A DNA stretch of 64,000 bases from assembly GCA_025934895.1 (NCBI GenBank), contig JAICWH010000002.1, forward strand, positions 2,472 through 66,471. The letters are read 5' to 3'. The stretch comes from Nocardioidaceae bacterium (GTDB lineage: Bacteria; Actinomycetota; Actinomycetes; Propionibacteriales; Nocardioidaceae). A program made the position numbers and the translations under genes. The notes below the pieces were generated by a model. It was not told the DNA's origin, searched no databases, and was given only the letters and a program-made list of their open reading frames with translations. Shown here piece by piece: positions 38,775 through 47,743 of this stretch; the first letter of the stretch is position 1; every line of letters starts with the position of its first letter.

Positions 38775-39989
38775 TCAGGCGACCATGCCGTGCGGGTCGA
38801 TCACGAACTTCTTGGCGGCGCCGCTGTCGAAGTCGGCGTAGCCCTGCGGGGCCTCGTCGAGTGTGATGACGGTCGCGTTGACGGCCTTGGCGATCTGCAC
38901 CTTGTCGTGCAGGATCGCCTGCATCAGGCCGTGGTTGTACCTCATCACCGGGCACTGACCGGTGGTGAAGGACAGCGACTTGGCCCATCCGGTCCCGAGG
39001 CTCAGCGACAGCGACCCGACCTTGGCGGCCTCGTCGATGCCGCCGGGGTCTCCGGTCACGTAGAGCCCGGGAATGCCGATGGCGCCGCCGGCGGCGGTGA
39101 CCTCCATCAGCGAGTTCAGGACGGTGGCAGGCGCCTCGGTGGACGCGCCCTCGCCGTGACCCCTGGCCTCGAAGCCGACCGCGTCGACCGCGGCGTCGAC
39201 CTCGGGGACGCCGAGCAGCTGCTCGATCTGGTCCTGCGGGTCTCCCTTGGAAACGTCGACCACCTCGCACCCGAAGCTCTTGGCCTGCGCGAGCCGGTCC
39301 TCGACCATGTCGGCGACGATCACCACGGCGGCGCCGAGCAGCTGGGCGCCTGCGGCCGCCGCCAGCCCGACCGGTCCCGCACCCGCGATGTAGACGGTGG
39401 ACCCCGGCTGCACGCCGGCGGTCACCGCTCCGTGGAACCCGGTCGGGAAGATGTCGGACAGCATCGTGAGGTCGGTGATCTTCTCCATCGCCTGGTCCCG
39501 GTCCGGGAACTTGAGGAGGTTCCAGTCGGCGTAGGGCACCATCACGTACTCCGCCTGGCCACCCACCCAGCCGCCCATGTCCACGTAGCCGTAGGCGGCC
39601 CCCGGGCGTGCCGGGTTGACGTTGAGGCAGATGCCGGTCTTGCGCTCCTTGCAGTTGCGGCACCGCCCGCACGCGATGTTGAAGGGCACCGAGCAGAGGT
39701 CGCCGACCTTGATGAACTCCACGTCCGGGCCTGCCTCGACGACCTCGCCGAGGATCTCGTGACCCAGGACCAGGTTGTGCGGCGCGGTGGTACGGCCCCG
39801 CACCATGTGCTGGTCGCTTCCGCAGATGTTGGTCGTCACCACCTTGAGGATCACGCCGTGGTTGCACTTGCGACCGACGTTGGCCGGGTTGACGCCGGGC
39901 CCGTCCCGGAGCTCCAGCTTGGGGTAGTCGATCTCGTGGACCTCGACCTTGCCGGGGCCCATGTATGCAACGCCTCTGTTGCCTGCCAT
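38775..39989 (-). CDS. fdhA: Glutathione-independent formaldehyde dehydrogenase (zinc MDR family)
   Basis: TNICGSDQHMVRGRT, LGHEILG, CGRCRNC, GGWVGGQAEY, LSDIFPTG, GIPGLYVTGDPG, GQCPV. Confidence 0.93.
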   Translation of the reverse strand: MAGNRGVAYMGPGKVEVHEIDYPKLELRDGPGVNPANVGRKCNHGVILKVVTTNICGSDQHMVRGRTTAPHNLVLGHEILGEVVEAGPDVEFIKVGDLCSVPFNIACGRCRNCKERKTGICLNVNPARPGAAYGYVDMGGWVGGQAEYVMVPYADWNLLKFPDRDQAMEKITDLTMLSDIFPTGFHGAVTAGVQPGSTVYIAGAGPVGLAAAAGAQLLGAAVVIVADMVEDRLAQAKSFGCEVVDVSKGDPQDQIEQLLGVPEVDAAVDAVGFEARGHGEGASTEAPATVLNSLMEVTAAGGAIGIPGLYVTGDPGGIDEAAKVGSLSLSLGTGWAKSLSFTTGQCPVMRYNHGLMQAILHDKVQIAKAVNATVITLDEAPQGYADFDSGAAKKFVIDPHGMVA

Positions 39990-40167
39990 CGAGAATCAGC
40001 CTCCATGTCGTGGTCGTGCTGTGGTGGTCGTCACGCGGCTGTGCCCCGGTGCGCTGCCGGCAAACGGCTCCTCGATCGGCACGACGTCAGGGCGCTGATC
40101 ACGAGGGCCGAGGCCGGCGTCACCACCTGCCCGAGAGGGGGCAGACACCGGACGCCATCCGGCCGTG

Positions 40168-40776
40168 TCAGCCTGGCGTGTGCAGCCACGGGTCTCGGAG
40201 GTCGAGGAACTCCGGCTCGCCCACGCTGAGCGACTGCATCTCCTTCATCACCTGTTGACTTTCGGCCGGCATCTCCTTCTGCTCACCCTCACGGGCGGCC
40301 GCCTCGGAGGTGAAGTAGCTCGCCGTCGTCCAGGCGCCTCCCTCGTGAGCTATCGAGAGGTTCCCGAGGATTTCCGGACGGATCGAATGCCAGTCGGTCG
40401 AGTCCTCGCGCATCAGCTCGCGCACCCGGTCCAGGTCGCGCGAGCGGCCCTGCATCACCTGCACGAACCCGGCCTGTGAGGGGTCGCCCGGCGTGTCCAC
40501 CTCGACCGCGGTGCTGTCCTGGAACACCGGCTCGTCGGTGAACAGCTTGGCTGTCTCCAGCCACCACGCCGACTGCTCCGGCCGGTCGCTGTTGCGTCGC
40601 GCGGCCTCTTCGGAGTCGAAGCGGGCGAGGGCGACCAGCTGACCGTCCTCGGTGACGCCGGACGTGCTGCCGAGCCACCCCACGGCCCCGGGCGCCACCT
40701 CCCGCAGCCACGTGTCCAGTCGCTCGCGTACCTGGGCGGGATCGGAGACGTGACCGCGGATCACCTGTACGAACAT
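40168..40776 (-). CDS. Conserved hypothetical protein with two similar halves (possibly dimeric alpha/beta barrel, ABM-like)
   Basis: MFVQVIRGHVSD.. and GFVQVMQGRSRD.. internal duplication; GGAGG RBS. Confidence 0.75.
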   Translation of the reverse strand: MFVQVIRGHVSDPAQVRERLDTWLREVAPGAVGWLGSTSGVTEDGQLVALARFDSEEAARRNSDRPEQSAWWLETAKLFTDEPVFQDSTAVEVDTPGDPSQAGFVQVMQGRSRDLDRVRELMREDSTDWHSIRPEILGNLSIAHEGGAWTTASYFTSEAAAREGEQKEMPAESQQVMKEMQSLSVGEPEFLDLRDPWLHTPG

Positions 40777-40909
40777 GCTTCCTCCCTGGCTTTCGAGCCC
40801 CCGGACCTCCTCCGGAGGGCCGCCTCGACGCTACTCCCGGCGACGCTGGGTGGCGAGGGCCCGATCGGAGCGCTCGTGAGTGCTGGTCCGGGCCGCCCTC
40901 TCGCTGAGG

Positions 40910-41110
40910 TCAGCGTTCACGAGCCGCGGATCGCGACGCCTGGGCGGCGGCGCGGGGTCGAGCCAAGGACGCGACCGGCAGCAGGAACCAGTGGCGTCGT
41001 ACGCACCGCACCTTGGCATGCTCGACTGGCCCGTCGGTGCTCTCCAGCACGTCGCGCCACTCCACCTCAGCAGGTGCCCCGCACTCCGGGCAGGTCGTGG
41101 TGTCCCACAT
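40910..41110 (-). CDS. 66-aa zinc-ribbon-like protein
   Basis: CPECGAPAEV..STDGPVEHAKVRCVRRHWF; AGAAGGGG upstream. Confidence 0.72.
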   Translation of the reverse strand: MWDTTTCPECGAPAEVEWRDVLESTDGPVEHAKVRCVRRHWFLLPVASLARPRAAAQASRSAARER

Positions 41111-41305
41111 GCGCATTCCCCTTCTGCTGTCGCCGGCACACTTGTGGTGGCCGACCCGGCTCACGTGACCGGTTCTCCTGGATGGCCGGTCCTCCTGGGT
41201 TGACCGGTCCCGCTGGGATGGCCGCGCCGGGGTGGGAGGCAGACTGTTGCGGCGACCGGTCACTGACAGGAGAAGGTCGCGCGCCGCCGTGATACACGCG
41301 AGCGC

Positions 41306-41453
41306 CGAGTCGGCGCATCCGCAGGGGTGAAGGCCGTCGAGTCGGCGCATCCGCAGGCGTGAAGGCCGTCGAGTCGGCGCATCCGCAGGTGTGAAGGCCG
41401 CCGAGTCGGCGCATCCGCAGGTGTGAAGGCCGTCGAGTCGGCGCATCCGCAGG
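41306..41453. repeat. 32-bp tandem repeat, 4.6 copies (CGAGTCGGCGCATCCGCAGGNGTGAAGGCCGY)
   Basis: Units start at 41306, 41338, 41370, 41402, 41434 (partial); no unique spacers. Confidence 0.92.
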
Positions 41454-41915
41454 GTCGCCACCGCGAGATGCGTTGCCTGGGTGAGGGGTGTCGCGAGGCG
41501 CTTCTAGACCATTCCCAGGCATGGGGAGCCACCCAAGATCGACATCAACCGGGGACGGTACCCCGGCACTGAGGAGTACGTGCGGCACGCCGAGCGTCAG
41601 AGGACGAACCGGGCCTCGGTCAGCCAGGTCCCCGACTTGGCCGCCTCGGTCCTGTTCGGGCCCGCGACCGTGGGCATCCACGGCACCCGGCTCGGCCGCT
41701 CCCACGTCGACCAGATCGCCGCGGCGACCACGCTCGTCTGGTCACCACAGTCGAACCCGCGGGCGTACGACGAGACACCGACATCGGTCCCGCGCTGCCG
41801 GTCCGGATGCAGGTCTCCGTGGGCTCGGATGCCGTCGGTCCGATCTTCGCTTGGGATCCCCGGTCTAGCGGCGGTCGCCGCCGGCGTTGACGGGCGCCCC
41901 TTCGGAGAGTATGCC

Positions 41916-42713
41916 ATGCATATGACGCAAATGTCCCGATTGCTGGTCGTGTCCGTCCTCCTGGGCACAGCATCCCTCGCTGCGGCTTCGTCGCTACTGC
42001 CGGCGCCGGCCTCCGCTGCCTCTCCGCCTCCGTGCACGATCACGGGCACCCCCGGTGACGACGTCATCACCGGCACCAGCGGCAAGGACGTCATCTGTGG
42101 GCTGGGAGGCAACGACCGGTTGTACGGCGGGCCCGGGGCCGACATGCTCCGAGGGGGGCCCGGAGACGACCAACTCTTCGGGGGCCCGGGAGATGACACG
42201 ATCAACGGCGACGACGGCTTCGACAACATCTTCGGCGGAAACGGCAACGACCACATGTATGGCGGAGCCGGTGGCGACACCTTCTTCGCCACCCGCGGGT
42301 CCACCCCGGGCAGCGTGGCTGACGGGCATGACGTGATGAGCGGGGGGCCGGACTCGGACACGGTCCGCTACGCCCAGCGTCTGACGGGTGTCCGGGTGAC
42401 CCTGGACGGCCTCGCCAACGACGGTGCACCCGGCGAGAACGACCAGGCCGGCGTAGCCACGACCACCTCCGGGTCGGACGTCGAGAACGTCGACGGAGGA
42501 GACGGCAATGACGTCATCGTCGGCACGGACGGACCCAATGTCCTGGTGAGCCGTGCAGGTTCCGACACCATCACGGGTCTCGGCGGTGACGACACGATCG
42601 ACACCTTGGACCGCACCGGTGACGACACTGTCAACGCCGGCACGGGTCAGGACTACTGCGCGGTGGACCTGACCGATGCCCTGACGAGCTGCGAGACGGT
42701 CTTCTCGGGATAG
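41916..42713 (+). CDS. Secreted RTX-type calcium-binding repeat protein
   Basis: Signal-peptide-like N-terminus ending PASA-A; repeated GGxGxD nonapeptides; Cys pair at the ends (PPCT, DYCA..SCE); start may be 41916 or 41922. Confidence 0.85.
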   Translation: MHMTQMSRLLVVSVLLGTASLAAASSLLPAPASAASPPPCTITGTPGDDVITGTSGKDVICGLGGNDRLYGGPGADMLRGGPGDDQLFGGPGDDTINGDDGFDNIFGGNGNDHMYGGAGGDTFFATRGSTPGSVADGHDVMSGGPDSDTVRYAQRLTGVRVTLDGLANDGAPGENDQAGVATTTSGSDVENVDGGDGNDVIVGTDGPNVLVSRAGSDTITGLGGDDTIDTLDRTGDDTVNAGTGQDYCAVDLTDALTSCETVFSG

Positions 42714-42720
42714 CCGGCCG

Positions 42721-42797
42721 CCTGCGGATGCGCCGGGTCGGCCGGGTTTCGGCCTGCGGATGCGCCGGGTCGGCGGGGTTTCGGCCGGGTTTCGGGG
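42721..42797. repeat. 32-bp repeat, 2 copies plus a remnant, inverted relative to the 41306 array
   Basis: CCTGCGGATGCGCCGGGTCGG(C/G)..GTTTCGG at 42721 and 42753. Confidence 0.85.
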
Positions 42798-42800
42798 GTG

Positions 42801-44447
42801 TCAGTCCCGGAGCTCGCGGCGCAGGATCTTGCCGGTGACCGTCTTGGGGAGCTCGTCGATGACCACGACCTCGCGGGGGTACTTGTAGGCCGCCATCCGC
42901 TCCTTGCAGTGGCCGATCAGCTCCTCCGGCGTCACCTGCGCCCCCGACTTGAGGCTGACGAAGGCCTTGACGGTCTCACCGCGCTTCTCGTCGGGAACCC
43001 CGACCACTGCGGCCTCGCGCACCGCCGGATGCTCGACGAGGACGTCCTCGACCTCGCGTGGCCACACCTTGTAGCCCGACGCGTTGATCATGTCCTTCTT
43101 GCGGTCCACGATGAAGATCCAGCCCTCGGGGTTCATGAACCCCACGTCGCCGCTCCTCAGGGCACCGCCGGGAAGGCTGGCCGCGGTCTCCTCGGGTTTC
43201 CCCCAGTAGCCGGCGACCACCTGGGGGCCCTCCGCGACGATCTCGCCGACCTCGCCGAGGGGCAGGTCCTCGCCGTCCTCCCCCTGGATCCGCACGATCG
43301 TGCTCGGCACCGGCGCACCGACCGAGAGCGCACCGGAGGTCTCGTCCACCGGCGAGGGCGCCCCGAACGGCGTCAGCGTCATCGGGCTGGTCGTCTCGGT
43401 CAGGCCGTAGGCGTTGTGCACCTGCCTGCCCGTCGCCTTCCGGAACGCCTGCTCGGCGGTCGGTGAGATGGCCGCGCCGCCGGAGTAGACCGACGTGAAC
43501 GAGCTGAAGTGCTCGGCCGTGAACCGCGGCGAGTTGAGCAGCGCGTTGAACGCGGTGATCGCGCCGATGGTGTACGTCGGACGGTGCTCGAGCAACGCGT
43601 CCAGCACGACGTCGGGCTCGAAACGGTAGGCCAGGACCAAGGGCATGGGGGCCAAGAAGCTGACCGCGATGTGCCCGATCAGGCCGGTGATGTGGAAGAG
43701 CGGCGCGACGCCGAAGACCGAGCCACCCGGCGCGAACCGGGCGCAGTCGCGGTAGACCGCGGCCGTGAACACGACGTTGCGGTGGGTGTTCATCGCCCCC
43801 TTCGGCACCCCGGTCGTGCCCGAGGTGTAGGTCAGGAACGCGACGTCGTCCAGGTCGAGCTCGACCGCAAGCGGCACCTCGCCGTGGTGCTGCTCCACGA
43901 GCCCCGCCAGATCGGTGGTCCCCTCGTGGCGCTGCCGGGTGATCCCGGCGAGCAGCCGCTCGTCGTTGCGGGTCTGGTGCTCCAGCTCGCTGGTCGTCAG
44001 CACCAGGTCGACGTCGGTGTCCGGGACCACGTCGCGGGCCACCTCGTCATACAGCGTCTCGAGGCAGACCAGCACCTTCGCGCCCGAGTCCTTGAGCAGG
44101 TAGGACAGCTCTCGGGCGCGGCTCATCGGGTTGATGGAGACCATCACCCCGCCGGCCTTCCAGGAGGCGAGCATGCACACCAGGAACTGGGGGACGTTCT
44201 GCAGGTAGACCGCCAGCCGATCACCCCGCGTGAACCCCCGCGCCAGCAACGCACAGGCGAGGGCGTCACTGACCTGGTCGAGCTCGGTGCGCGTCAGCAC
44301 GCCGTCGAAGTACCTCACCGCCGCCCCGGACGGGTCCGCCGCGAGCCCGGCCTTGAACATCGCCAGCGCGTTCGAGAACTCGGGCTTCATCTCGGTCGGC
44401 TGGTCGCCGTAGAGACCGAGCCACGGACGGTCGTCGTAGACGCTCAC
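42801..44447 (-). CDS. Acyl-CoA synthetase / AMP-binding ligase
   Basis: YTSGTTGVPKG, AYGLTET, SGDVG, VDRKKDMI, KTVTGKILRR. Confidence 0.93.
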   Translation of the reverse strand: MSVYDDRPWLGLYGDQPTEMKPEFSNALAMFKAGLAADPSGAAVRYFDGVLTRTELDQVSDALACALLARGFTRGDRLAVYLQNVPQFLVCMLASWKAGGVMVSINPMSRARELSYLLKDSGAKVLVCLETLYDEVARDVVPDTDVDLVLTTSELEHQTRNDERLLAGITRQRHEGTTDLAGLVEQHHGEVPLAVELDLDDVAFLTYTSGTTGVPKGAMNTHRNVVFTAAVYRDCARFAPGGSVFGVAPLFHITGLIGHIAVSFLAPMPLVLAYRFEPDVVLDALLEHRPTYTIGAITAFNALLNSPRFTAEHFSSFTSVYSGGAAISPTAEQAFRKATGRQVHNAYGLTETTSPMTLTPFGAPSPVDETSGALSVGAPVPSTIVRIQGEDGEDLPLGEVGEIVAEGPQVVAGYWGKPEETAASLPGGALRSGDVGFMNPEGWIFIVDRKKDMINASGYKVWPREVEDVLVEHPAVREAAVVGVPDEKRGETVKAFVSLKSGAQVTPEELIGHCKERMAAYKYPREVVVIDELPKTVTGKILRRELRD

Positions 44448-44453
44448 CGTGCG

Positions 44454-45416
44454 CTACTTGATCACGATCGGGTTGACCGGGGCACCACTGCCCTTGGCCA
44501 CCTTCAGCGGGGCCGCCGCGTAGAAGAGCTCGTAGCGTCCGTCCTGGGCACAGTCCTCGGCGAGCTTCTCCAGGTCGGTGATCTCGGTGAAGGTCACGCC
44601 GAGGTTGCGCATCAGCGCGTTGTGCAGGACGAGGGCCACCCCGGTGTTCGGGTCGGAGGTGACCTCGTTGGCGATGGTGTCGGTGACCAGGTTGGGGATC
44701 TCCATGTCGGCGAACCACTGCACCAGCTCGGGGCTGTAGACCAGACCGGCCTCGCAGAACCCGTCGTAGAAGGCGTCGCCCTTCTCGAAGAACAGCTGCA
44801 GGTGGTTCGTCCGGATGATGATGATGTCGCGCTTGCGCAGCTCGACGCCCTGGGCCTCGGCGCAGGCGAGCAGGTCCTCGTGGGTGAAGGTCTCGGCCGC
44901 CTCCATGGCCGGCTTTCCGCGGAAGCGGGCCATGTCCAGCAGCACCGCGCGGCCGACGACGCCCCGCTCGGCGATCGGCTCGACGCTGGCCTTGTCCAGC
45001 CCGCCGATGGTGGTGCGGGCGTCGTAACCGTTCCAGATCTGGCCGCCGTACCAGACGTGGCCGAGGCCGTCGTACTGCGTGGAGCCCTGCAGAAAGGCGT
45101 TGATCTTGTCGTCGGCGTAGTGCAGGCCGCCGGGGAAGGCGGGACCCTTGCCGCCCTCGTCCCAGTCGCCCTCGTCGAGGATCTGGGTGCGCTCGGCGGG
45201 CGTGCGCCCCGGCCACACCGGGTCACCCTTCGGGTCGCCGATCAGCCGCTGCAGCGTGAAGACCTTGCCGTCCTGGATCAGCCGTGCGGCGGCCAGCACC
45301 TGCTCGGGACCCAGGTAGTTCAGGGACCCGACCTCGTCGTCCGCACCCCACTTGCCCCAGTTGCTGGGCGAGTCCTTGAGCACCTCTTCGAGGGCAGGGG
45401 CGGTGGTCTCGGTCAT
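44454..45416 (-). CDS. Cyclase family (kynurenine formamidase-like) protein, QxSTQxD variant
   Basis: SNWGKWGADDEVGSLN, QGSTQYDGLGH, GRAVLLD, IIIRT, APLK..GSGAPVNPI. Confidence 0.85.
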   Translation of the reverse strand: MTETTAPALEEVLKDSPSNWGKWGADDEVGSLNYLGPEQVLAAARLIQDGKVFTLQRLIGDPKGDPVWPGRTPAERTQILDEGDWDEGGKGPAFPGGLHYADDKINAFLQGSTQYDGLGHVWYGGQIWNGYDARTTIGGLDKASVEPIAERGVVGRAVLLDMARFRGKPAMEAAETFTHEDLLACAEAQGVELRKRDIIIIRTNHLQLFFEKGDAFYDGFCEAGLVYSPELVQWFADMEIPNLVTDTIANEVTSDPNTGVALVLHNALMRNLGVTFTEITDLEKLAEDCAQDGRYELFYAAAPLKVAKGSGAPVNPIVIK

Positions 45417-45772
45417 GTGTCCTCCTGGACTGACGGGGTGGGAAGATCGGCGCGCATAGCCGGATGCTCTATGACGATCCTCACATTGAGGCCTTGGTGG
45501 CTGTCAAGGGCCCTCGAGGGTCAGATCGCGCAGGCCCGGGACTCCGGTCGGAGGACGGCTCTCCGAGCCCGTGCAGCTCGCAGTGCCCCCGCAGCCGGCT
45601 CCCCCACCCGTCCGGCGTACGGCGCCGGGAGGTCGTACCCGCGCGCACCGGTGCCGACGTTCCCCAGGCCCCGGCTGACCGGCGCGAGGAGGTGCTGTCC
45701 GTCACCGCGCGGTCGACCACCACCCAGGAGGGCCGGCCCACACCCCGCCCTCCCCCCGTCGAGCGCGGGGCG

Positions 45773-47743
45773 CTAGCTGACGGCGGCGGCGAACTGAGAG
45801 TTGTACAGCGCGGCGTACGCGCCGTCGGAGACGAGCAGCTCGTCGTGGGTGCCCTGCTCCACGATCGCGCCGGCCTCCATCACCAGGATCAGGTCGGCGT
45901 CGCGGATCGTGGAGAGCCGGTGCGCGATCACGAAGCTGGTCCGGTCCGACCGGAGGGCAGCCATCGCCTTCTGCACCAGCAGCTCGGTCCGGGTGTCGAC
46001 CGAGCTGGTCGCCTCGTCGAGGATCAGCAGCGCCGGGTCCGCCAGGAACGCCCGGGCGATGGTGACCAGCTGCCGCTCCCCGGCGCTGATGCTGCTGCCC
46101 TCCTCGTCGACGACGGTGTCGTAGCCGTCCGGGAGGTTGTGCACGAACCGGTCAACGAACGTGGCCCGCGCCGCCTCCAGGATCTCCTCGGGGGAGGCGT
46201 CAGGGCGGCCGTAGGCGATGTTGTCGCGGATGGTCCCCTCGAACAGCCAGGTGTCCTGCAGGACCATCCCGGTCATCCCGCGCAGGTCCCCGCGGCGCAT
46301 CGTCGCGATGTCCACGCCGTCCAGCGTGATCCGTCCCCCGTCCACGTCGTAGAACCGCATGATCAGGTTGACGAGGGTCGTCTTGCCGGCACCGGTCGGC
46401 CCGACGATCGCGATCGTCTGCCCCGGTCGCGCGACCAGTGACAGGTCCTCGATCAGCGGCTGGTCGTCCTCGTAGCGGAACGACACGTGCTCGAAGACCA
46501 CCTCGCCGCGGCCGCCTTTCGCCAGTGGCTCGACCAGCTCGACCGGCTCCTCCACCGCGTCGAGAAGCTCGAAGACCCGCTCGGCGGACGCCACGCCGGA
46601 CTGCAGCAGGTTGACCATCGAGGCGACCTGGGTGAGTGGCTGGGTGAACTGGCGTGAGTACTGGATGAACGCCTGTACGTCGCCCAGGCTCATCGTCCCG
46701 CTGGCCACCCGCAGCCCACCGAGCACCGCGATCACCACGTAGTTGATGTTGCCGATGAACATCATCATCGGCATGATCAGGCCGGAGACGAACTGCGCCC
46801 CGAAGCTCGCCTTGAACAGCTCCTCGTTCTCCCTGTCAAAGACCTCCTCGACCTCCGCCTGACGGCCGAACACCTTCACCAGGGCGTGGCCGGTGAAGGT
46901 CTCCTCGATGTGCGCGTTGAGCACACCGGTGCGCCGCCACTGGGAGATGAACAGTCCCTGGGAGCGCTTCATGATCTGGCTGGTGACCAGCATCGACAGC
47001 GGCACCGTGACCAGGGCGACCAACGCCAGCGTCGGCGAGATCAGCACCATCATCGCCAGCACGCCGACCACGGTGAGCAGCGAGACCAGCAGCTGGCTCA
47101 TCGTCTGCTGCAGAGTCTGGCTGATGTTGTCGATGTCGTTGGTGACCCGCGACATCAGCTCGCCGCGCGGCTGCTTGTCGAAGTACGACAACGGCAGCCG
47201 GTTGAGCTTGGTCTCCACGTCACCACGCATCCGACGCACGGTGCTCTGCACGACGTCGTTGAGGATGTAGCCCTGCAGCCAGCCCAGCAGGGCGGCCGCG
47301 ACGTACACCGCCAGCACCAGCGTCAGCACCCGTCCGACGGCGCCGAAGTCGACCCCCCGGCCCGGCACGACAGCCATCCGGGAGAGCATGTCCGCGAGCC
47401 GGCCGTCGCCCTTGGCCCGCAGCGCCTCGACCGCTCCCGCCTTCGTGGTGCCGGCCAGCTGCCGCCCGAAGACCCCGGAGAAGATCAGGTCGGTCGCATG
47501 ACCGAGGATCCGCGGCCCGGTGACCGTCAGCCCGACGCTGAGGACGGCGAGGAGCACGACGGCCACCGCCTTGACGCGCTCGGGCCGCATCCGGGCGAGC
47601 AGACGCTTGGAGGACGGCAGGAACGTCATCGACTTCTGACCGACCATCCCGCCGCCCATCGGGCCGCCACGCCCCGGGCCACCGCCGACCTGGACCCGTT
47701 CCGTCTCCCGCATCGTGGCGCCGGATGGCCTGGTGGCGCTCAT
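45773..47743 (-). CDS. ABC exporter half (TMD+NBD) with canonical Walker B
   Basis: [30 protein letters not shown]; ATG 47743 overlaps the upstream stop. Confidence 0.92.
   Translation of the reverse strand: MSATRPSGATMRETERVQVGGGPGRGGPMGGGMVGQKSMTFLPSSKRLLARMRPERVKAVAVVLLAVLSVGLTVTGPRILGHATDLIFSGVFGRQLAGTTKAGAVEALRAKGDGRLADMLSRMAVVPGRGVDFGAVGRVLTLVLAVYVAAALLGWLQGYILNDVVQSTVRRMRGDVETKLNRLPLSYFDKQPRGELMSRVTNDIDNISQTLQQTMSQLLVSLLTVVGVLAMMVLISPTLALVALVTVPLSMLVTSQIMKRSQGLFISQWRRTGVLNAHIEETFTGHALVKVFGRQAEVEEVFDRENEELFKASFGAQFVSGLIMPMMMFIGNINYVVIAVLGGLRVASGTMSLGDVQAFIQYSRQFTQPLTQVASMVNLLQSGVASAERVFELLDAVEEPVELVEPLAKGGRGEVVFEHVSFRYEDDQPLIEDLSLVARPGQTIAIVGPTGAGKTTLVNLIMRFYDVDGGRITLDGVDIATMRRGDLRGMTGMVLQDTWLFEGTIRDNIAYGRPDASPEEILEAARATFVDRFVHNLPDGYDTVVDEEGSSISAGERQLVTIARAFLADPALLILDEATSSVDTRTELLVQKAMAALRSDRTSFVIAHRLSTIRDADLILVMEAGAIVEQGTHDELLVSDGAYAALYNSQFAAAVS

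Noticed and set aside
41306-41453. 32-bp repeats as a CRISPR array
   Set aside because: Units are head-to-tail with only 1-2 variable bases, have no unique spacers, and no cas genes are in the window
45520-45720. Possible gene remnant on the minus strand (..LLAPVSRGLGNVGTGARGYDLPAPYAG..)
   Set aside because: Some coding-like bias but no start/RBS and no family I can recognise; needs blastx
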